From positions 1 through 26,191 of the IMG/VR virus record IMGVR_UViG_3300033475_000874: a stretch of 26,191 nucleotides of DNA; one strand, 5' to 3'. The notes beneath the pieces are model-generated. The model ran no database searches, had not been told where the DNA came from, and saw nothing but the letters and a program-made list of their open reading frames with translations. Shown in pieces: positions 25,953-26,191 of this stretch. The DNA comes from a virus. Taxonomy: Duplodnaviria > Caudoviricetes. A program made the position numbers and the translations under genes. Numbering within the stretch: the first letter of the stretch is position 1; every line of letters starts with the position of its first letter.

Positions 25953-26036
25953 ATGAAACGCAAAAAAGAACACAAGGTTATCGACGGCGTAAAATACTAC
26001 CGTCTTGAAGGCGATGACGAATGGATTAAATCATGA
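25953..26036 (+). CDS. 27-aa small protein (below the ORF track cutoff)
   Basis: AAGGAGG SD; MKRKKEHKVIDGVKYYRLEGDDEWIKS*; ATGA overlap with the next ORF. Confidence 0.6.
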   Translation: MKRKKEHKVIDGVKYYRLEGDDEWIKS

Positions 26037-26191
26037 GCTATTATAGGGCGCTAACCACCTTTGATGTTGCGGGGCTAAGGCAAATTAACGCTGGCTTCCA
26101 ACCTATAGGTTATAGAATTACTGTCGGTCAACTCTTCGGCACGACCGACGCACAAGTCCACACCTTTATAGGAGGTTCGGACGGTACACGT
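26033..26191 (+). CDS. hypothetical protein, truncated by the window end
   Basis: ATG coupled to the previous stop; MSYYRALTTFDVAG... stays open to the end of the window. Confidence 0.55.
   Translation, partial: MSYYRALTTFDVAGLRQINAGFQPIGYRITVGQLFGTTDAQVHTFIGGSDGTR

Noticed and set aside
1-26191. Stop-codon reassignment
   Set aside because: TAA, TAG and TGA all end genes at sensible boundaries and code 11 gives dense, intact genes
1-26191. tRNA, rRNA, integrase/att site, lysis genes
   Set aside because: None recognisable; intergenic spaces are short and accounted for

Overview
A roughly 26 kb stretch of a tailed (siphovirus-like, HK97-fold) phage or prophage, almost all on the + strand and using genetic code 11. 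Gene order: hypothetical protein; secreted Pro/Thr/Glu-rich protein; a six-gene glycan-synthesis cluster (3 glycosyltransferases, 2 SAM methyltransferases, 1 PIG-L deacetylase); ParB-N/DNA methyltransferase; small and large terminase; portal fused to a MuF/gp7-like domain; Com-like zinc ribbon; a four-gene fibre/decoration block; prohead protease fused to the major capsid protein; neck genes; tail tube; an inverted HNH-AP2 endonuclease plus a DUF4177 gene; tail chaperones; tape measure; distal tail; tail and fibre proteins, including a C1q-like tip. The strongest lead is a probable virion glycosylation system: capsid and tail tube both end in V-V-S-COOH, four more proteins end in V-S, and C-terminal Ser is the acceptor in glycosylated mycobacteriophages. 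Also notable are two genes that appear to start at ATC (one is missing from the ORF track), three structured RNA leaders and a set of extended -10 promoters. All family calls come from motif recognition by eye; no searches were run, and the host cannot be determined from this window.
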